Below, one piece after another: positions 10,833 through 20,287 of a stretch of 64,000 nucleotides of DNA. The stretch is from an uncultured Gammaproteobacteria bacterium (GTDB lineage: Bacteria > Patescibacteriota > Microgenomatia > UBA8517), in contig CAZTVZ010000001.1 in NCBI GenBank assembly GCA_964617045.1, forward strand, positions 136,763 to 200,762, given 5' to 3'. Positions within the stretch are counted from its first letter, which is position 1. Each line of letters opens with the position of its first letter. Position numbers and translations under genes: made by a program. Below the pieces are notes generated by a model. It worked only from the letters and a program-made list of their open reading frames with translations, ran no database searches and was not told the origin of the DNA.

Positions 10833-10904
10833 GCCGGGGTAACTCAGTGGCAGAGTAGCTGTTTTGTAAACAGCAAGTCGTGGGTTCAAATCCCACCCTC
10901 GGCT
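10833..10904 (+). tRNA. tRNA-Thr(TGT)
   Basis: Cloverleaf, anticodon arm GCTGT-TT TGT AA-ACAGC, GGTTCAAATCC T-arm. Confidence 0.95.
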
Positions 10905-10909
10905 CACAT

Positions 10910-10994
10910 GCTGAGGTGGCGGAGTGGTCAAACGCATCAGACTGTAAATCTGACGTCCGAAAGGGCTACCTAGGTTCGAATCCTGGCCTCAGCA
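10910..10994 (+). tRNA. tRNA-Tyr(GTA)
   Basis: TCAGA-CT GTA AA-TCTGA arm, long variable arm, GGTTCGAATCC. Confidence 0.95.
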
Positions 10995-11017
10995 CAATTT
11001 CTGCCTCTTTTTAATTC

Positions 11018-12070
11018 ATGAGAACGTCAAGACTTGATTACCATTTGCCCAAACAGAGAATAGCTCAGGAACCGGCTTCCCCACGAGATTCGTCTAAATT
11101 GCTTTTAATTTCCCGACAATCCGGAGAAATCAAACACGGAGTATTCCACGAGATATCCGACTACTTAAACGAAAATGATGTGCTGGTGTTTAATAAAACA
11201 AAAGTCTTTCCGGCCAGGTTTTTCGGAAGAAAAGAAACAGGAGGAAAAGTCGAACTTCTCCTTTTAAAAAGAATCAGGAATGGAGTATGGGAAACACTTA
11301 CCAAACCAGGCTTGGATGTCGGAACAGTCATTCATTTCGAAGACTTTGAGGGAGAAATAAAAAAAAGATTTAATGAAATATCGGTGATAGAATTCGATGT
11401 AAGCGATGATTGGTTAATGCAAAACCTGGAAAAACACGGGTTAACTCCTCTTCCTCCCTATATTAAAAGCAAAACAAAAGAAAAACTTCTAAGAAAAGAG
11501 TATCAAACAATCTATGCAGATAAATTAGGTTCTGCTGCTGCTCCTACAGCGGGACTTCATTTTACCGAAAGGCTTTTAAACAAGCTCAGAAAAAAGGGTG
11601 TAGATTTCGAATTTGTTACTTTACATGTTGGATTGGGAACTTTTGCCCCGATTAAAGACTCAAAAATAGAAAACCACAAAATACATTCCGAATATTTCGA
11701 AATAGATGCAAGAACAGCAAAAAGATTGAACACTGCCAAAAAGGAAGGAAAAAGAATTGTCGCAGTTGGTACCACAACGGCAAGGGTGCTTGAATCGGCT
11801 CTAAAATATCGGAAGCTTGTTCCATCCAGAAAAGAGACTGATCTCTTCATTTATCCTCCGTACAAATTTAGGTTTATTGATTCGATAATTACCAATTTTC
11901 ACTTGCCCAAATCGTCTTTATTGGCAATGATTTCGGCTTTTGTAAGTTGGCCAAACACAAAAAGAAAATTCGGTTCATTCGAAAAAAGTATTATCGGGGC
12001 TGCATACAAAGTGGCAATCGGTAAAAAATATCGATTCTTCAGTTTTGGAGACGCAACTTTTATCTACTGA
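11018..12070 (+). CDS. queA: S-adenosylmethionine:tRNA ribosyltransferase-isomerase
   Basis: PLPPYI, AAPTAGLHFT, LHVGLGTF, TNFHLPKSSLL, YRFFSFGDA. Confidence 0.97.
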   Translation: MRTSRLDYHLPKQRIAQEPASPRDSSKLLLISRQSGEIKHGVFHEISDYLNENDVLVFNKTKVFPARFFGRKETGGKVELLLLKRIRNGVWETLTKPGLDVGTVIHFEDFEGEIKKRFNEISVIEFDVSDDWLMQNLEKHGLTPLPPYIKSKTKEKLLRKEYQTIYADKLGSAAAPTAGLHFTERLLNKLRKKGVDFEFVTLHVGLGTFAPIKDSKIENHKIHSEYFEIDARTAKRLNTAKKEGKRIVAVGTTTARVLESALKYRKLVPSRKETDLFIYPPYKFRFIDSIITNFHLPKSSLLAMISAFVSWPNTKRKFGSFEKSIIGAAYKVAIGKKYRFFSFGDATFIY

Positions 12071-12965
12071 CGATTTCGGGTTGACCCAATTTGTTGATAT
12101 ATATATTTGTTATCTTCTCGGAAACAATATCGGATCCATCAAATTCAAGTGTAATCGCAATGCCCTTTCTTGTTTCTTCGCTCCACATTTGATCAAAAAC
12201 AAAATTGCCCAATGAATAATATACTTTCTTTCCGTTTATCGTTTCCATATCCTGCACCCAATGAGGATGGTGTCCCGCAATAATGTCGGCGCCCAAACCA
12301 ACAAGCTCCCTTGCATATGCACGCTGTTTATTGTTGGCTGAAGGTTGATACTCATCTCCCCAATGTACTCCGACAATCAACACATCAACCAGTTTGTCCG
12401 ACTCTGCTATCATCTTTTTTTCAAGATTGTCTGGAGATCGGTACATCAAATTAAACCCAAGAAATCCGAATTTTATTCCGTTCACTTCTTTTATGACCAA
12501 ATTACCCTCACCCGTGTATTCAATTGCGTTTTCCGTAAGCACTTTTTGGGTCGTGACCATTCCTTCTTTTCCGTAATTTCCAGTATGATTATTCGCCAAG
12601 GTAACCACGTTTATCCCAGCGTTAATTATTCCTTTTGCCAGTATTGGATCAGCACAAAAAATCATTCCCGAATTCGTTTGGGGACAATCTTCTGCAAACG
12701 GGCTTTCGAGATTGGCAAACACAATATCCGAACCTCTCAAATAAGAGGATACCTTTTTGAAGGGATAATCAAAATCGTTTTGCTTCATACTCGTCACCAT
12801 TACCGATCTTCCCAACATTACGTCACCCAATAGAGTGATCCTGGTGGTTGTTTTTAACCCCAATACATCTTTGGGTCCGAAATTGTTGATATGGCTAAGT
12901 ACGTATATGAGGATTATTAGAAATGCCGAGGCCAAAATCAGTAAAAACGAGGTTGTTTTGTTCAC
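12060..12965 (-). CDS. CapA/PGA_cap family metallophosphatase-fold protein
   Basis: GDVMLGR, NLESP, LANNHTGNYG, HWGDEY, GHHPHWVQ, YSLGNFVFDQ. Confidence 0.92.
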   Translation of the reverse strand: MNKTTSFLLILASAFLIILIYVLSHINNFGPKDVLGLKTTTRITLLGDVMLGRSVMVTSMKQNDFDYPFKKVSSYLRGSDIVFANLESPFAEDCPQTNSGMIFCADPILAKGIINAGINVVTLANNHTGNYGKEGMVTTQKVLTENAIEYTGEGNLVIKEVNGIKFGFLGFNLMYRSPDNLEKKMIAESDKLVDVLIVGVHWGDEYQPSANNKQRAYARELVGLGADIIAGHHPHWVQDMETINGKKVYYSLGNFVFDQMWSEETRKGIAITLEFDGSDIVSEKITNIYINKLGQPEIVSR

Positions 12966-13004
12966 AAATCAGTATAGCAATAAATCTGATATAATTTCAT
13001 TTAC

Positions 13005-13077
13005 GCCTGGGTAGCTCAGTCGGCAGAGCATGTCATTGGTAATGACAAGGTCGTGGGTTCGATTCCCACCTCAGGCT
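13005..13077 (+). tRNA. tRNA-Thr(GGT)
   Basis: TGTCA-TT GGT AA-TGACA arm, GGTTCGATTCC. Confidence 0.95.
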
Positions 13078-13120
13078 CACAACTTGTCCAAATAAGGTTT
13101 ATCGGTTAAAATACACGTCT

Positions 13121-13294
13121 ATGGCAAAAAAAGGAGCTCGAGAAATAGTCGCTTTGATTTGTTCCGTTTGTAAAAGTCAAAATTACATTACAGACAGGAA
13201 CAAGGTTAATATGGAAGGAAAACTGCAAGTAAACAAATACTGCAAAAAATGCAGAAAATCCACTTCCCACAAAGAAACGTCCAAGCTTAAGTAA
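13121..13294 (+). CDS. rpmG: 50S ribosomal protein L33
   Basis: Manual translation MAKKGAREIVALICSVCKSQNYIT...KYCKKCRKSTSHKETSKLK (57 aa, below the ORF track cutoff). Confidence 0.93.
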   Translation: MAKKGAREIVALICSVCKSQNYITDRNKVNMEGKLQVNKYCKKCRKSTSHKETSKLK

Positions 13295-13338
13295 TTTCCC
13301 CTTTGAGCTTAAATCCGCTATAATAAACCCTAGTATTT

Positions 13339-13409
13339 AGGGGCGTCGTTCAACGGCAGGACTACGGTCTCCAAAACCGTCAATAGGAGTTCGATTCTCT
13401 TCGCCCCTG
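13339..13409 (+). tRNA. tRNA-Trp(CCA); integration target
   Basis: AGGGGCG/CGCCCCT acceptor stem, ACGGT-CT CCA AA-ACCGT arm. Confidence 0.95.
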
Positions 13410-15014
13410 CAGAGTGAGATTTTGAGAGTATAAATGCATCAATTGAGCCATATAATCGGTCTTTTCTTCGGGTTCGAACCTAGAGATAATTTTATCCGTC
13501 TCAACTTTAGCAGTTTTAGCAGCCAAAAACGGTTTTGGTACGGAAATACGGACTATTTTGTTGAATAACTCAAAGTTCGAACCGATTGTCGCCAGTATCT
13601 CTCTTTTCTTTTGTAAGCTATCGGTGTGTCCAAAATGATACATCGCATAACATGCAAAATCGAAGGTTTTAGTGGATAGTTCTAGCCACTGATTTACTCT
13701 CTCACCTACATTCTTCTTTTGATCTTCAAGGCTTTTCTTCTCTGCTTTTAAGTCTTTCATTTGTCTTTCAAATTCCTCGTCTGAAAGTACTGAACCGTCT
13801 GAATTCATTGGCGAGATTTTAAGCTTAACTAAATTGTTTATCTTCTCGATACAATCACCATAAGCAGAATCAACGCTTTTGTTTACTACTGTCTGATCTT
13901 TGGCCTCTTTATCGTGTAATTCATTCAGATACTTAATGGCCCAATCTTTGAATGACTCTGGAATCTCAATCTGGGATAGCAAATAGTCTGCTTGTCTCTC
14001 AAATTCACCCACCTCAATTGACTTTTGAGTACAATGCACATTTAATCTTTTCGTACAATGATAATAGATGTATCTTGAACCATATCTATTTATTTTCTCT
14101 TCAGCAGTAACCATTCCCCCACATTCTCCACAACGAACCATACCTGTAAAAGCAAACTCTCTGGTCTTAGGTCTTTGCTTCCCTTTCCTTCCTAAAAGAG
14201 CTTGGACCTTGTCGTATTCATCACGAGTTATCATCTTTTGATGTTTACCAACATACCATTTACCACTATATTCATATTCCCCGTAATAAAATGGATTTGT
14301 AAATATCTTGTATAAAGTGTTTTTGCCTATCTCATTTCCACCAAGTCTTTTATGTTTTGTAGTTCTATAACCCCATTCTTTATTCATTATGTCCATGATT
14401 TTTAAGACGGAATAATTACCAGTCAACATTAAGTCCCATGCTTTCCTGATAAGAGGAAACTTCACAGGATCAACACCTATTGTTCTTCTACCTCTCTCTT
14501 CAGTCTTGTCATTGTAATAACCTTCTGGAACACAACCAGGCCTCCAACCATTGTTTAGTTTCGTTTGTAAGCCTCTTTTAACATTCTTGGAAAGATCCCT
14601 CAAAAACTGATTAGCCTGCCCAAATTCGATATTTAGAAGAAGTACATTATCTTGTGATTGGTATAGTCTCTGAGGCGTCACAATCACTTTTAAGAGCTCT
14701 TTCTGAAGCAACCAGCTTAATGTACCAGAGTCGACTGGGTTTCTTGATCCACGGCTCAAATCCCAAATAATTAAGCCTTGAATAGCCCCTTCTTGAACAC
14801 GTTCAACTTCTTGATTAAAGACTGGTCTTCCTGGCTGTTTTGCAGACATTGATTCTTCTGCTATTTTTTCCACTTTGAGATGATTATCCATCGCTAACTT
14901 AACCAAGACCTCTTTTTGAGACTCAAGTGAAGCCACTTGATGATCATTATCATCACTACTACGTCTAAGGTAGATATCGTATTTTAATTGTAATAATTCT
15001 TCTGGTATGTACAT
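13380..15014 (-). CDS. Large serine recombinase (resolvase, recombinase and Zn-ribbon domains)
   Basis: YLRRSS catalytic Ser, SAKQPGRPVF, DLSRGSRN, CGECG...YYHC...C ribbon, coiled coil; last codons overlap tRNA-Trp. Confidence 0.95.
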   Translation of the reverse strand: MYIPEELLQLKYDIYLRRSSDDNDHQVASLESQKEVLVKLAMDNHLKVEKIAEESMSAKQPGRPVFNQEVERVQEGAIQGLIIWDLSRGSRNPVDSGTLSWLLQKELLKVIVTPQRLYQSQDNVLLLNIEFGQANQFLRDLSKNVKRGLQTKLNNGWRPGCVPEGYYNDKTEERGRRTIGVDPVKFPLIRKAWDLMLTGNYSVLKIMDIMNKEWGYRTTKHKRLGGNEIGKNTLYKIFTNPFYYGEYEYSGKWYVGKHQKMITRDEYDKVQALLGRKGKQRPKTREFAFTGMVRCGECGGMVTAEEKINRYGSRYIYYHCTKRLNVHCTQKSIEVGEFERQADYLLSQIEIPESFKDWAIKYLNELHDKEAKDQTVVNKSVDSAYGDCIEKINNLVKLKISPMNSDGSVLSDEEFERQMKDLKAEKKSLEDQKKNVGERVNQWLELSTKTFDFACYAMYHFGHTDSLQKKREILATIGSNFELFNKIVRISVPKPFLAAKTAKVETDKIISRFEPEEKTDYMAQLMHLYSQNLTLQGRRESNSY

Positions 15015-15020
15015 AACTTA

Positions 15021-15105
15021 AATGGCCGCTCTGGTGTACTCAACTCGGATTGCTCCAAATTGCCCAAAGCGGCCATTAAAAAAGCAATCCTAACGAGCTG
15101 AGTAC
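15021..15105 (-). promoter_or_regulatory. Structured 5' leader of the recombinase with two interleaved stems
   Basis: Inverted repeats 15021-15034/15064-15077 and 15036-15054/15083-15105; mismatches are G-U pairs only on the minus strand. Confidence 0.7.
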
Positions 15106-15111
15106 AATATA

Positions 15112-15140
15112 ATTATGTGCTCAGTTTGTGCCTAAGTCAA
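15112..15140 (-). promoter_or_regulatory. sigma70-type promoter for the recombinase
   Basis: Minus strand TTGACT-17 bp-CATAAT, predicted start about 15105. Confidence 0.65.
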
Positions 15141-16061
15141 GCCTACATATTCCAAACATCTATAAAATATTTCGTTGTCCCAATTCCCAAAATAATGGTT
15201 TAGGCGAAGGTTGTTTTTATCACGCTCAATACTTGTGAGCCATCTATTAATAACTTCTCTCATCACTCTATAGATATACTCCAAAGACCAGCCTTGATCC
15301 CTTAAAATTTGCACCTGCATAATAAAACCCAGGTAACATCTGTTAAGTTGTTCTTGCTTATACAAAATATGTTCCTCACCAAGTAAGGCTTCATATTTAA
15401 GCAAGTAATAAAGAAGGGATTTTCTTGCTAATCTTATTTCGTTTTTCTTGATATTATGTTTTGTTAACAAATCCTTATCTAGTAAGAAAGAAACACTAGC
15501 TTTGTTTATCATGCTACGGAATACCACTTCGTTTCGGGTTTTCGATAACGGTACGGGATTCAGATTTTCAGAGTTTTCCTTATAAGTACTACTTTTCTGG
15601 TCGTCCAGATAATTATTAGATTTAATATCACTATTTAATATATTATGTGACTGATCCTTCATGACCCCCATGAATGGATTTTCATTACTTTTTAAGTTTG
15701 CTTTTAAACCTTGATTTATGATATTTCCGATAACAGGCGAAATCTTTCTTACAGTCCCATAGCGAGATTTTCCTTCTTTGATTTCAGACTTCTTATACCT
15801 TGTAACATTAATGTATATTAGTTTTTTACTTTTGAGCTTTCTTAAAATGTATTGAACCCCACGAACACTTTTTACTCCAGCAACTTGGGTTAAGGTTTCG
15901 TTTTTTATAAAGCAATACCCATCTTTTTTAGATAGTCCAACAATTACTGCCAAAACATCTCTTTCTGATGCTTTGAGACCGACAACAGCATTTACAATAT
16001 TTGGAATAAATATAAATGGCTCCTCATTGATCGATTCTGATTCTGTCTTTTCACTTTTCAT
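15132..16061 (-). CDS. Replication-initiator-like protein with N-terminal winged HTH
   Basis: LSKKDGYCFIKNETLTQ...SVRGVQYILRKLKSKKLI resembles phage/plasmid Rep HTH; position next to the integrase. Confidence 0.6.
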   Translation of the reverse strand: MKSEKTESESINEEPFIFIPNIVNAVVGLKASERDVLAVIVGLSKKDGYCFIKNETLTQVAGVKSVRGVQYILRKLKSKKLIYINVTRYKKSEIKEGKSRYGTVRKISPVIGNIINQGLKANLKSNENPFMGVMKDQSHNILNSDIKSNNYLDDQKSSTYKENSENLNPVPLSKTRNEVVFRSMINKASVSFLLDKDLLTKHNIKKNEIRLARKSLLYYLLKYEALLGEEHILYKQEQLNRCYLGFIMQVQILRDQGWSLEYIYRVMREVINRWLTSIERDKNNLRLNHYFGNWDNEIFYRCLEYVGLT

Positions 16062-16260
16062 TTTTGTATTTGTTCAATGCTTCTACAGGTATTGGTTTGT
16101 AAATAATGTCAAAAAGTATCAAAAGTTTGATGCCTTGCTCTTTTGCCTCCTCAGATGGAATTTCCATACCAAACTCGCTTTTATAAATTCGCTGGTACTC
16201 TTCTACTGCTTCGTTGGATATAGACTGAGTGTTTTGCATATTAGTCTTCCAAAAAAGCAT
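16051..16260 (-). CDS. Small conserved-looking element protein
   Basis: 69 aa helical ORF overlapping its neighbours in the operon (probable start MQNTQS). Confidence 0.6.
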   Translation of the reverse strand: MLFWKTNMQNTQSISNEAVEEYQRIYKSEFGMEIPSEEAKEQGIKLLILFDIIYKPIPVEALNKYKNEK

Positions 16261-16525
16261 TCAAAGCCCAATAAAAAGATTCTTTGTCTGCATAGTTCCC
16301 GTCGTTATGAAATTCAGAATATTTTCCAAAATTATCAAGAAGTTTGCCGTAGTTAACTCTAAGATAAACGAAACTATCATTTTTCTCGATTTCTTTCCAA
16401 TTTATCGTGCGTATTTTTTGAGAAAAACTTCGTCTGGAGTGAGTTAAGCACTTACTTATTGTTTTACCATCTTTAATTATTTTGTAAGAAAAACTGAGCT
16501 TGGAAGTTTGATTGATAATATTCAT
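16241..16525 (-). CDS. Hypothetical protein
   Basis: 94 aa ORF tiled into the minus-strand operon. Confidence 0.55.
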   Translation of the reverse strand: MNIINQTSKLSFSYKIIKDGKTISKCLTHSRRSFSQKIRTINWKEIEKNDSFVYLRVNYGKLLDNFGKYSEFHNDGNYADKESFYWALNAFLED

Positions 16526-16546
16526 ATTTATAGTTGTTCTTAAGAG

Positions 16547-16783
16547 CTAAGGCTCTTCGTAAATCCTGGCTTTTAAAGCTTTTAAGTTGTCAAAGTACTG
16601 TCGGGGTTCAACGAGAAGTTCCCTCTTCCAATATTTATCAACAGATTCTTGAAGTTTCTTACTATCTTCAAAAACAAACAGAACTTTTTTATTCCCATTT
16701 GTTTTATCCAAATTAACTGGAAACCATAAAGAAAGAGTCGCCGAGAGATCTAATGAATACGTAGAGAAAATATTTATCTTCAT
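16547..16783 (-). CDS. DUF5659-like small protein
   Basis: FSTYSLDLSATL...FVFE...LLVEPRQYFDNLKALKARIY pattern, recalled from mobile-element proteins. Confidence 0.6.
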   Translation of the reverse strand: MKINIFSTYSLDLSATLSLWFPVNLDKTNGNKKVLFVFEDSKKLQESVDKYWKRELLVEPRQYFDNLKALKARIYEEP

Positions 16784-16877
16784 ATACGTACATACAGAAC
16801 TTACACCAACAAGTTGTCAATACAGCAAAATCGAAGCTGAAACTATGTAAAAACGGTTGATTAACGGAGTAAATATG

Positions 16878-17588
16878 TTACTCCACCATTGAAACGGGTA
16901 TCTTGAGTGATATCGAATACGTATTGTTATTCTTATTAAACTCTCCAACTTCGATGTAATCAACATCATGCTTAATTTTTTTAACCAAAGCACTTTTTGT
17001 ATTTTTCAACCAGTTATCATCGACGCCTATTCTAGGATAATTGTTAGTTACATAACGAGTTATAGACTCTTGCGGGACGTTTGCTTTGAGCCAATCCCCG
17101 GATCGCTCTATATTACCTCGGAGGAAATCAACTAATGCAGACATAAACACAAACGAGTCCGTATAGCTTTTCTTGTCTTGCGGTTTAAAATCGATGATTA
17201 GTTTGTCATCAGCAATTCGTCTTAACCAAAATCTCAATCCACTAAAGCCAAAACATTCACCAAGCTTGTATTGCTTAGGTTTTTCACTATCTACTTTAAT
17301 TTCCTTTGTATAATAGGAGATTTTTCTCTCAAGTTTATTTGCGTTTAATAGGCGAAACTCTGCCTTAATTCCATTCGTATCACTTCCAAAACGAAGAGAT
17401 CCATTGTTTTTGCCTGTAAACATTAATGCGATAATACATTCTCCTTCAAGCTCTCGTAAAATATTATATTCGTTAGGAGAAACACCACCATAATCTATCC
17501 ATTCAAACTCTTTCTCGAAATAGGCATTAGTTTTTATCTTTTGAAGCACTCCCAAATATTCTTCACAGATAGCCCTATCAAGTTTCAT
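16878..17588 (-). CDS. Hypothetical protein (possible C-terminal winged helix)
   Basis: 236 aa ORF downstream of XRE. Confidence 0.6.
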   Translation of the reverse strand: MKLDRAICEEYLGVLQKIKTNAYFEKEFEWIDYGGVSPNEYNILRELEGECIIALMFTGKNNGSLRFGSDTNGIKAEFRLLNANKLERKISYYTKEIKVDSEKPKQYKLGECFGFSGLRFWLRRIADDKLIIDFKPQDKKSYTDSFVFMSALVDFLRGNIERSGDWLKANVPQESITRYVTNNYPRIGVDDNWLKNTKSALVKKIKHDVDYIEVGEFNKNNNTYSISLKIPVSMVE

Positions 17589-17621
17589 ATTTATTTTAAT
17601 TAAGACTATTATCTTACGAAG

Positions 17622-17840
17622 CTAATATGGAATCAAATCTTTTACCTTAACTTTCAATACTCTTGCTACCTTCTGAAGAGTCTTTAAGCTCATTCTTCTA
17701 TTACCTGTCTCAACTAAACCTATATGGGTTGTACTAACCCCAATGTCTTCAGCCAGTTGCTCTTGGGTTAATTCTGCCTGCCTTCTAAATCTTTTTATTC
17801 TTTTACCTATTCCAGAATCTTTTTTAGTTACCTTATCCAT
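17622..17840 (-). CDS. XRE-family HTH transcriptional regulator
   Basis: IKRFRRQAELTQEQLAEDIGVSTTHIGLVETG. Confidence 0.93.
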   Translation of the reverse strand: MDKVTKKDSGIGKRIKRFRRQAELTQEQLAEDIGVSTTHIGLVETGNRRMSLKTLQKVARVLKVKVKDLIPY

Positions 17841-17951
17841 ACATTTTAAGTTAGCAGAGAGTGTGTTAAATATTTATTACGTAAAAGGAAAGAAAATGAG
17901 GCTAAAACTATTGCTTTTTTATTAACTACGAGTTATGTTTATTGTATAAAT

Positions 17952-18158
17952 ATGGCACCCAAAGTAGCTTTAATTATTTTAGTCGCAATAATCATCCTGT
18001 TACTCCAAATTCTTGCGTTTGTAGGTTTTGCAAAATCCAATGACAATAAATTAACAAACACACAACAAGATAGGTGGAAAAAGTTTTCAGAATATATGGG
18101 TATAGCGTTTCTAATATTTGGAGCAATAGTGTTTGTTATAGCTGATTTTATTGATTGA
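17952..18158 (+). CDS. Small two-TM membrane protein
   Basis: Two hydrophobic segments, divergent from XRE. Confidence 0.6.
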   Translation: MAPKVALIILVAIIILLLQILAFVGFAKSNDNKLTNTQQDRWKKFSEYMGIAFLIFGAIVFVIADFID

Positions 18159-18622
18159 AAATGAAAAAAATTATATTTGCATTTATATGTTTTTGTCTCG
18201 GTATACTCACCTATTTAGTAATTGAACATGTGTTTCCCAAAAACATAATTTCATCTCACATAAGTAAATTTGAGATTGATACAGATATTGTTTTAGAAGA
18301 TGTTAACAATTTTCGCTTAAAAAATGATTTGAACTCTCTCGTCAAAAATGAGAATTTATGCAATGTAGCAAAGGTAAGATTAAAAGAAATTCCTTTTAAT
18401 TGGAGTCATAATGGATTTTCGGCAGCTAGATTTTGTGCTGTAAACTGTATGATGGGTGAGAACCTAGCCAAGAATTATAAAACAGAACAGTCGATCATCG
18501 ACGCATGGGAAAATTCTCCAGAGCATAAGGCCGTTATGATTAACAAAGATCTTAAGTACGGTTGCGTCGCATCAGATGGAAAATATACAGTCTTGGAAGC
18601 ATCAACAATGATTCCATATTAA
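18155..18622 (+). CDS. CAP (SCP/PR-1) domain protein
   Basis: N-terminal TM; VNNFRLKN, SHNGF, GENLA, WENSPEH motifs. Confidence 0.88.
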   Translation: MKMKKIIFAFICFCLGILTYLVIEHVFPKNIISSHISKFEIDTDIVLEDVNNFRLKNDLNSLVKNENLCNVAKVRLKEIPFNWSHNGFSAARFCAVNCMMGENLAKNYKTEQSIIDAWENSPEHKAVMINKDLKYGCVASDGKYTVLEASTMIPY

Positions 18623-18947
18623 TTGGTGTGTCTCTCTTCTCACATATCTACTTTTTTACTTGCAAACAATTCTACGATAGACAAAGTTTTGACTATTCGT
18701 GCCTAAAATAATCAATTTACATTCAGCAAATTAAGAAGAATTTGATTAGAGGCTAATTATTAACTTTCTCCCCGATCTTTTATATATCTAGCCTTAAATA
18801 ATCGTCCTCAGATTTTATAGTAATAAGTATTCGGTAATTATTGGTTTGTGTAATATCTCGGACACCATTTCGAAAAACTGCCGATTAATTTCTAAATAGC
18901 AATTATTAAATTTAGTCTGTTTATTTGTAAAAACTAGATTATAAAAA

Positions 18948-19769
18948 GTGCTAATATTATTATTAACTATGGATAAAACTACTCTAGAATCTAATGAAGA
19001 TAACAATAGAATCACCTTTTCACTAAAAGATATTGTTGTTGGTCAAGAAATTAACCCTAACAATATGACTCTCCCCTTACTAAATGAGTTTTTGCAACAA
19101 GTTACAACGTTTTTAAAAGGGGGGAAATATATAGACTTAGCCAAAGTTAAAAGTAGCATCAAGCATGGTTCCCTGGCAATTGAAGTAAACAACAACGACG
19201 GCCTATTGGATGAAGCCTTTAATGATTATCAAATTTTGTTAAAACATGGGTCGCTAAATGATATTGATTCCAATCGTGCAAGAATCGTTGAGTTATGGCA
19301 GTCGAATAGTAAAAATAATGAAAACAGGTCTTACGATTTGTATGTCGGTGATGATTCCACGAACAATCCTCATTTCATAATATCCAGGAAAACCAACTTT
19401 ATTATGATAAACAACAACTGGGTAGATGTTGATCTCTACCTTTACGGTAAGATATTTGATCTAGGGGGTAAAAACAAACCGAATGTTCATATCGAATTAG
19501 ATAATGGTAATACAATAAAAATTCAAACTAATACAAGCCTTTTATCAACCGATGAGGAAAACAGACTTTATAAAAAACAACTAGTAAGAATAAGGGCTAA
19601 ACGTAATATCGATACAAGACAATTGAAAGAAGAAAAACTTATGTCTTTTGTCTATTATAATCCTCAATTTGACGAAAAAAGCTTCGAAGAAATCTCAGAA
19701 AAAGCAACATTGGCTTGGAAATCGGTAAAAAATCCGTCTACTTGGGTTGATGAAATAAGAGGTAATTAA
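18948..19769 (+). CDS. Hypothetical protein, partner of PIN nuclease
   Basis: 273 aa ORF 8 bp upstream of the PIN gene (start may be MDKTT). Confidence 0.7.
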   Translation: MLILLLTMDKTTLESNEDNNRITFSLKDIVVGQEINPNNMTLPLLNEFLQQVTTFLKGGKYIDLAKVKSSIKHGSLAIEVNNNDGLLDEAFNDYQILLKHGSLNDIDSNRARIVELWQSNSKNNENRSYDLYVGDDSTNNPHFIISRKTNFIMINNNWVDVDLYLYGKIFDLGGKNKPNVHIELDNGNTIKIQTNTSLLSTDEENRLYKKQLVRIRAKRNIDTRQLKEEKLMSFVYYNPQFDEKSFEEISEKATLAWKSVKNPSTWVDEIRGN

Positions 19770-19777
19770 TACTAAAC

Positions 19778-20275
19778 ATGGATAAAGATAACAAGAAAAT
19801 GACTGTCTTAGTAGATACAAGTTTTCTAATAACTTTGTATGACAAAACGAGACCTAATAATCCTACTGCGTTTAAGTATTTAAATTATTTTTTAGATAAT
19901 TTAATAGACATGTATTTATCAACAATTGTTATTTCAGAATATCAACAAATGCAACCTATTGTCGATATTATAAATTCAGGTAATTACATACCCATATCTT
20001 ATAACTACGAGGACGCTATCAAAACGGCCGAAATTGCCTACAATATTTCAGGCGAAAAACGTGGATCACGGGCAGAATTCAAAGACGATCTGAAACTTAT
20101 GGGTCAGGCAGAATTTAACAATATTACATTCATTATCACAGATGATGAAACAACCTTAGCCAAATACTGTGAAAGATTATCTGGTGCCAAGATGTTTAAA
20201 CCAAAAATTATAATTATGAGTAAGGGATTTGATTCTAGTATTTTCAATGATGGCCAAGCCTCACTAATTGAATAA
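19778..20275 (+). CDS. PIN domain nuclease
   Basis: VLVDTSFLI, STIVISEY, DDLKL and IITDD acidic PIN residues. Confidence 0.85.
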   Translation: MDKDNKKMTVLVDTSFLITLYDKTRPNNPTAFKYLNYFLDNLIDMYLSTIVISEYQQMQPIVDIINSGNYIPISYNYEDAIKTAEIAYNISGEKRGSRAEFKDDLKLMGQAEFNNITFIITDDETTLAKYCERLSGAKMFKPKIIIMSKGFDSSIFNDGQASLIE

Positions 20276-20287
20276 AAGCACTTTAAG

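Noticed and set aside
10719-10937. 72 aa minus-strand ORF
   Set aside because: It is antisense to the tRNAs and the 6S-like RNA.
13339-13409. Alternative genetic code (UGA recoding)
   Set aside because: Conserved genes translate intact under code 11, and several (dprA, the M50 protease, queA) end in TGA.
18828-18883. GTAATAAGT...AACTGCCG as a fifth att arm
   Set aside because: Spacing and translated tail do not match the other arms, so it is likely chance in AT-rich DNA.
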